DNA of 64,000 nucleotides from Spirochaetota bacterium. Its GTDB lineage: Bacteria; Spirochaetota; UBA4802; JAFGDQ01. A model generated the notes under the pieces. That model was not told where the DNA came from. It saw only the letters and a program-made list of their open reading frames with translations, and searched no databases. The translations under genes were made by a program, and so were the position numbers. Where the stretch lies: NCBI GenBank assembly GCA_043803405.1, contig JAZDKB010000019.1:360218-424217 (forward strand), written 5' to 3'. The stretch's first letter is position 1, and each line of letters starts with the position of its first letter. This document shows positions 58,694-64,000 of this stretch, in pieces.

Positions 58694-58876
58694 ATTCTTA
58701 TTCCTTATGAAATAATTATTTTACAGGAATAATAATATTGAAGGTTGCCAAATGTCAATAAATTTTCATATCCGTACCAGTGGCTTGCCACGGGAAATTC
58801 GCCTAAAAAATCACTTGCATATTTATATATTTGGAATCATTATATATTATCCTGAATATTTAGAGACAAAAAAAGA

Positions 58877-61822
58877 ATGCCAGGTACCAATAAAAAAGAT
58901 AAGCTGAAAAAGAAAGCCGGAAAAACAAGGCCGGAGGCAATAAAAGCCGCTGCGGAAAAACACGACAATGTTTTCCATGTTGTGGGGATCGGGGCTTCCG
59001 CGGGCGGCCTTGAGACACTGGAAACCTTTTTTACGAACATGCCCGACTTTACAGGCATGGCATTTGTTATTATACAGCATTTAAATCCGAAGCATGAAAG
59101 CATAATGGCTGCCATTCTAGCCAAATACACAAAGATGCCTGTAGCGCAGATCAAAGACGGGATGAAGATTGAGCCTGACAGCGTTTACCTCAACCCTCCC
59201 GGCTGCAATGTCGCAATGGCCGGTTTGACGTTCAGTCTTTCGGACATCAGGGAAAGCCAGCTGATCAACATGCCCATCGATTTTTTCTTCCGTTCCATGG
59301 CTTCGAACCTTGGCGAGAACGCGATCTGCGTTATTCTTTCAGGAACAGCTACAGACGGCACCTTCGGGATAAAGGCTGTGAAGGGGGCAGGGGGAATGGC
59401 AATGGTGCAGGACCCTGAAACTGCAAAATACGACGGCATGCCTAAAAGCGCGATCGGAACAGGCATTGTCGATTTTATTCTGCCTGTTGAGCAGATGCCG
59501 GAAGCCCTTAAACGCTACGTAAAACATCCCCTGATCGAAAAACATGAACCGGGCATAATCCCGCAGTCTCAGTTCGAGACACATGTACAGAAAATATTAA
59601 ACCTTGTCAGGAAGGCAACAGGCCACGACTTCTTTCAATACAAGCAGACCACCATACGCAGGAGAATAGAACACCGCCTTGCAGTTCACCAGCTTAATAA
59701 GCTTTCGGATTACATTTTATATATTCAGCAAAACCCGGCCGAACTGAACTCGCTGTTCCAGGATCTTGTCATCAATGTCACGGAATTTTTTCGCGACCCT
59801 GAAGCCTTCGATTTTCTAAAGAACGAGGCGCTTTTGTATATGCTGAGCGCGAAAGAGCCGGATACCCCGCTGCGCATCTGGGTTGTGGGCTGTTCCACGG
59901 GAGAAGAGGCTTACTCGCTCGCGATCATAATAAGCGAGATCATGGAACAGCTGAACAGGTATTACGACGTTCAGATATTCGCCACGGATATTGACGAAAA
60001 AGCTCTCTCAACTGCACGTAAAGGGGTATATCCCAAAAACATATCCGAAGAAATTTCCGCTGAAAGGCTTAACCGTTTTTTCGTGAAAGAAGCCGGCGGA
60101 TATAAAATAAAGAAAGTGATACGCGACATGCTTGTATTCTCGCTTCACAATGTGGCAAGCGATCCGCCCTTTTCCAAGCTGGACATGATAAGCTGCAGGA
60201 ACCTTTTAATATATATGGATGTTGCGCTTCAGAAAAAGATAATATCATTGTTCAATTATTCCCTGAACAGGGACGGCCTGCTTTTTCTGGGCTCATCGGA
60301 AAGCATAGGCGAATTCAATGTGCGTTTCCAGACCCTGAATTCATCATTAAAAATATTCAGGCAAAAACACGGGCAAGATGAAAAAATGAAGGAATACCAA
60401 CCCAAAAAAAACGGACATAAATTTTTTACCGAAAGGAGCGGCGAAGAAACTGCCGAACATTTACCCGATCTCCAGGCAATCGCAGAGAAGATGCTGCTGA
60501 GCGAATTTGCTCCCTCGGGCGTGCTGATAAACGGAGCGTTCGAGATATTGCGGTTTATAGGCGATACGGACAAATACCTTGTGCCTCCAAAAGGCAAAGC
60601 GACGTTCAACATTCTGAACATGGCGCGGGGTGGACTCAAGGAAAGGCTCGCATCCGTCATTTACAAGGCCAACCGTCAGAAAAAAACCGCAACAGCAAAA
60701 GAGATCATTATCAAATACGCGGGCAAACAGCTGGCAGCGGATATTACAGTATTGCCGGTAACCGATGCGGGATTCCCCGGAGATTTCCTGCTGGTAGTGT
60801 TCGAAGATGTTACCTTCGCTGCGGTTGTAAAGGAAAAGGGCGCAATACCCGGTAAAAAAAGAGCAGATCCGGCAACCGAAAACCTGAAGAAGGAATTGAG
60901 TTCAACAAGGGAATATCTGCAGTCCAATATAAGGGAGCTTCAGGCCTCGAACGAAGAGCAGCGCTCCATGAACGAGGAGATGCAGTCCGTGAACGAGGAA
61001 ATGCAGAGCGCGAACGAAGAGCTTGAAACTTCCAAGGAGGAGCTGCAGTCCACGAACGAAGAGCTTGTTACCGTAAACTCCGAGCTTCAGGACAAGGTGG
61101 GCCAGCTCACACTTATCAATGACGACATGAACAACCTTTTGTACGCCACGGAGATCGCGTCCATATTCCTGGATATGAACCTGCGCATCAAGTGGTTCAC
61201 TCCCGCCGCGGTAAAAATATTCAATGTGATACAAACTGACATAGGCAGGCCGTTAGACGACCTTCGCGCTAACCTGTCCGACTTCGACATAACGGTTTAT
61301 GCAAGGAAGGTGCTGAAAGACCTGAATACAGTTGAAAAGATTATCCTGACAAAAGACAAGGTCTGGTACTCAATGCGCATTACGCCGTACCGCACGCTTG
61401 AGAATATCATAAACGGCGTTGTAATGACATTCTTCAACATTCAGAAGCTAAGGCAGGCCGAGAACATAAGGCGATACGGCGCTCTTCTTCAGGATTCGCT
61501 CGACGCGATCATAGTGCAGAATTTCAGGGGCAACATACTCGCATGGAACAAAGGCGCCGAACTTATGTACGGATGGACTGAAGCTGAAGCCCTTAACATG
61601 AACATAAGCGCCATAATACCTGAAGACAAAAAAGACGAGATAAATTCCATTTCAGTTGAATTAAGTAAAGGGAAAACAATCAAGCCTTTCAAATCCGTCA
61701 GGACCACAAAAGAGGGCAGAATAATAAACGTATGGCTTACAGCGACAGCGCTGCTTGACGAAAACGGAAGCCTCACTGAAATAGCCACAACCGAACGCAA
61801 CCTTGAATGGCTCGCGGACTAA
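58877..61822 (+). CDS. CheB-CheR fusion with coiled coil and PAS domains
   Basis: CheB GASAGG / IIQHL / GTATDG; CheR INVTEFFRD, GCSTGEEAYS, ATDID, SCRNLLIY; SNEE heptads; two C-terminal PAS. Confidence 0.93.
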   Translation: MPGTNKKDKLKKKAGKTRPEAIKAAAEKHDNVFHVVGIGASAGGLETLETFFTNMPDFTGMAFVIIQHLNPKHESIMAAILAKYTKMPVAQIKDGMKIEPDSVYLNPPGCNVAMAGLTFSLSDIRESQLINMPIDFFFRSMASNLGENAICVILSGTATDGTFGIKAVKGAGGMAMVQDPETAKYDGMPKSAIGTGIVDFILPVEQMPEALKRYVKHPLIEKHEPGIIPQSQFETHVQKILNLVRKATGHDFFQYKQTTIRRRIEHRLAVHQLNKLSDYILYIQQNPAELNSLFQDLVINVTEFFRDPEAFDFLKNEALLYMLSAKEPDTPLRIWVVGCSTGEEAYSLAIIISEIMEQLNRYYDVQIFATDIDEKALSTARKGVYPKNISEEISAERLNRFFVKEAGGYKIKKVIRDMLVFSLHNVASDPPFSKLDMISCRNLLIYMDVALQKKIISLFNYSLNRDGLLFLGSSESIGEFNVRFQTLNSSLKIFRQKHGQDEKMKEYQPKKNGHKFFTERSGEETAEHLPDLQAIAEKMLLSEFAPSGVLINGAFEILRFIGDTDKYLVPPKGKATFNILNMARGGLKERLASVIYKANRQKKTATAKEIIIKYAGKQLAADITVLPVTDAGFPGDFLLVVFEDVTFAAVVKEKGAIPGKKRADPATENLKKELSSTREYLQSNIRELQASNEEQRSMNEEMQSVNEEMQSANEELETSKEELQSTNEELVTVNSELQDKVGQLTLINDDMNNLLYATEIASIFLDMNLRIKWFTPAAVKIFNVIQTDIGRPLDDLRANLSDFDITVYARKVLKDLNTVEKIILTKDKVWYSMRITPYRTLENIINGVVMTFFNIQKLRQAENIRRYGALLQDSLDAIIVQNFRGNILAWNKGAELMYGWTEAEALNMNISAIIPEDKKDEINSISVELSKGKTIKPFKSVRTTKEGRIINVWLTATALLDENGSLTEIATTERNLEWLAD

Positions 61823-61885
61823 AGCGGGTTAGGGGGTGAGTCAATAAGTGATTCATGCTAACGTTAGCTGGTTGAAAGCTTTCAA

Positions 61886-61932
61886 ACCTCCTTTAATAAA
61901 GGAGGTGGCGAGCGTAGCGAGCCGGAGGATTT
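61886..61932. repeat. REP-like hairpin remnant
   Basis: ACCTCCTTTA-A-TAAAGGAGGT followed by GGCGAGCGTAGCGAGCCGGAGGATTT. Confidence 0.55.
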
Positions 61933-62027
61933 AATCCGGAGCAGGAATTTCAGGAGTTATATTTTGCATGAGACACCCTGCCGAGGCAGTGATTTTTTTT
62001 AGAGGCTGTTTCATCAGGAGAACCAAA

Positions 62028-63698
62028 ATGAAAAAAGATAAACATAACCCGGGTAATGCCGAAACCGGCCGCGACCCGGAGAAAAATAATCTTATTCACG
62101 AACTACAGGTGCACCAGATAGAGCTTAGAATGCAGAACGAGGAACTGCGTCGCATCCAGGAAGAGCTTGAAATATCGAGAGACAAATACACCAGTCTTTA
62201 CGACTTCTCTCCTGTCGGTTATGTAACAGTGAACATGGAAGGGGTTATCGAGGAAGCCAATCTTCATATTGCTGACATGCTTGGAACGGGACGCATAGCT
62301 TTTATCGGAAAACACTTTACAGACTACATAAAAAAATCGGATCAGGACATATTCTACAAACTGAAACAGCTTGTTATGACCGCCGAGGGCCATCATTCAG
62401 CCGATATTGGTTTAAGAAAAATAAATAATAATGAATTCTACTGCCGTCTCGAGATCCTTGCGATCAAAAAAACCCAGGAAAAAGATACAAAATTCAGGAT
62501 AATAATAAGCGATATAACAGCCCTGCGACAGGCGGAATCCGAGATTGCAAGGGCCAATGAAGAGCTCAAAAAGCGAATTCTTGCTCATAACGCGCAGCTT
62601 CGCGAGCTTACGCTTGAGCTTTCACAGACAGAGCAGCGCGAACGAAAAAGGCTCGCGAACATTCTTCACGATCATTTGCAGCAGCTCCTTGTGAGCGCGA
62701 GGATGGGACTTGAGAAAATAAACAGGCAGTCAATGGACCCGGAGATCCGCAAGTCACTGGAATATATCATATCCCTTATTGACGACTCTGTCAGTGTTTC
62801 CAGAAGTCTTGTCCTCGACCTTTCTCCCCCCATACTTCACGAAGCGGGTTTTGTGCCGGCGCTCAAATGGCTATCCAGATGGATGATGGAAAAGCACGGA
62901 ATGCTTGTAAACCTGAACACGGAGATAAAAATAAAGCCGGAACAGAAAGGCATTACCATACAGCTTTTCGGTTTTGTCCGCGAGCTGCTTTTAAATGTTG
63001 CAAAACACGCGGGAACAAAAGAAGCATGGGTCAATGTTACCATGCAGGATAATTTTGTAGTTATTGAAGTAAAAGACACAGGCAAGGGATTCGACTCAAA
63101 GGAATGCGAAATAAATAACCCCGGCGGCGGGTTCGGATTAATCAGCCTTCGCGAAAGGATAAGCCTTATGGGCGGAGAAATGTCGATTGAAAGCTGTCAG
63201 GGGCAGGGCACGCATGCAATTTTACGTATGCCGGCAAAGAATCTCGAAATAGAAAAAGCGAGTCCTGAACCTGCGCTTAAGAAACCGGAGCAGGCAGCTG
63301 CGCCTGAAGGCCAGACAAAACGCAGTACCAAGATCCGCGTGCTGGTGGCAGATGACCATAAAATTATGCGCGAAGGCCTGGTCGGGTTATTTCGCGGAGC
63401 GCCGGACATGGAAATTGTAGGCGAAGCAAACAACGGCGAAAACGCGCTTGAGATGGTGCGGCTTGTAAAGCCGGATGTTGTGATCATGGACATCAACATG
63501 CCTGTAATGAACGGCATTGAAGCAACGGAAGCAATTATGCGCGAAATTCCCGGCACAGTAGTGATCGGCCTTTCAATGCACGATGAACACGAACGCGGCG
63601 AAGAACTGCGCAGGGCAGGCGCGATAGACTACATAAACAAAGCAAGCGCTTCCGAAGAATTGATAGCCTCCGTACGAAAATACGCCAGGGTGGCGTAA
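62028..63698 (+). CDS. Hybrid kinase: PAS, HisKA_3-HATPase, NarL-type REC
   Basis: HELQVHQIELRMQNEEL leader; LHDHLQQLL H-box; NVAKHAG, GFGLISLRER; DDHKIMR..DINMP; AGGAG SD before ATG 62028. Confidence 0.9.
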   Translation: MKKDKHNPGNAETGRDPEKNNLIHELQVHQIELRMQNEELRRIQEELEISRDKYTSLYDFSPVGYVTVNMEGVIEEANLHIADMLGTGRIAFIGKHFTDYIKKSDQDIFYKLKQLVMTAEGHHSADIGLRKINNNEFYCRLEILAIKKTQEKDTKFRIIISDITALRQAESEIARANEELKKRILAHNAQLRELTLELSQTEQRERKRLANILHDHLQQLLVSARMGLEKINRQSMDPEIRKSLEYIISLIDDSVSVSRSLVLDLSPPILHEAGFVPALKWLSRWMMEKHGMLVNLNTEIKIKPEQKGITIQLFGFVRELLLNVAKHAGTKEAWVNVTMQDNFVVIEVKDTGKGFDSKECEINNPGGGFGLISLRERISLMGGEMSIESCQGQGTHAILRMPAKNLEIEKASPEPALKKPEQAAAPEGQTKRSTKIRVLVADDHKIMREGLVGLFRGAPDMEIVGEANNGENALEMVRLVKPDVVIMDINMPVMNGIEATEAIMREIPGTVVIGLSMHDEHERGEELRRAGAIDYINKASASEELIASVRKYARVA

Positions 63699-63781
63699 TC
63701 CCCGATCAGTACTTAGTGCAGCCCCACAGAAATCAGGGAGCATTATTTATTATAACATTTCGTTTTAACTCACCCCCGGCA

Positions 63782-64000
63782 CAATGTCATTAAGTTAAGG
63801 AAAATTTTAAACTCATCCCCCTATCCCAATGTCATTAAGTTAAGGATTATTATTGCTTTTATATTGCCCCCTAACCCCCGAAGGGGGCATAGAAATTTTT
63901 TATTGAATAAATTCTCATTTTTACAATGGATTAGCACATAATCTATATTTAATATCAAAAGATATTGTTTCCCCTTCCAAGCCGGTGCCCCCTTTGGGGG
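63782..64000. mobile_element. Two tandem IS4-type left terminal repeats followed by a MITE body running off the window
   Basis: CAATGTCATTAAGTTAAGG at 63782 and 63827; 63866-64000 repeats 38923-39057. Confidence 0.72.

Noticed and set aside
58772..58794. GTGGCTTGCCAC hairpin as an IS200/IS605-like end
   Set aside because: Single short occurrence with no transposase or second end in the window
60940..61090. Repeated AACGAAGAG/AACGAGGAG units as a DNA repeat array or CRISPR
   Set aside because: They encode the CheBR heptad coiled coil; no constant repeat with unique spacers and no cas genes

Overview
64 kb of bacterial chromosome, most likely from an anaerobic or free-living Spirochaetota member (FlgB/FlgC/FliE read as spirochaete-like; judged by eye, not by search). 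From left to right: the start of a flagellar operon (flgB-flgC-sORF-fliE-probable fliF); an aryl-acid module (paaK, ACT protein, iorAB); two PIN-type toxin-antitoxin pairs; cinA; three giant multi-PAS hybrid kinases and a response-regulator diguanylate cyclase; a 4-domain S1 protein; alpha-2-macroglobulin plus pbpC; leuB and pyk. An ~18 kb stress/repair region follows: exported MsrB/MsrA, an ArsS-type radical SAM cluster, two Hsp20, bacterioferritin, a degenerate MCP fusion, and an NHEJ operon with two tandem Ku genes and a split LigD. The window ends with a MEDS / CheB-CheR / HisKA_3 signalling cluster. The intergenic DNA is rich in palindromic elements: a two-copy structured element with GGA hairpin loops whose outer stems differ completely yet stay paired, nested C/G-run REP-like palindromes, and an IS4-type MITE that appears to insert into them. 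I recognised no rRNA, tRNA, CRISPR array or transposase. All family assignments come from motif recognition by eye; no searches were run.
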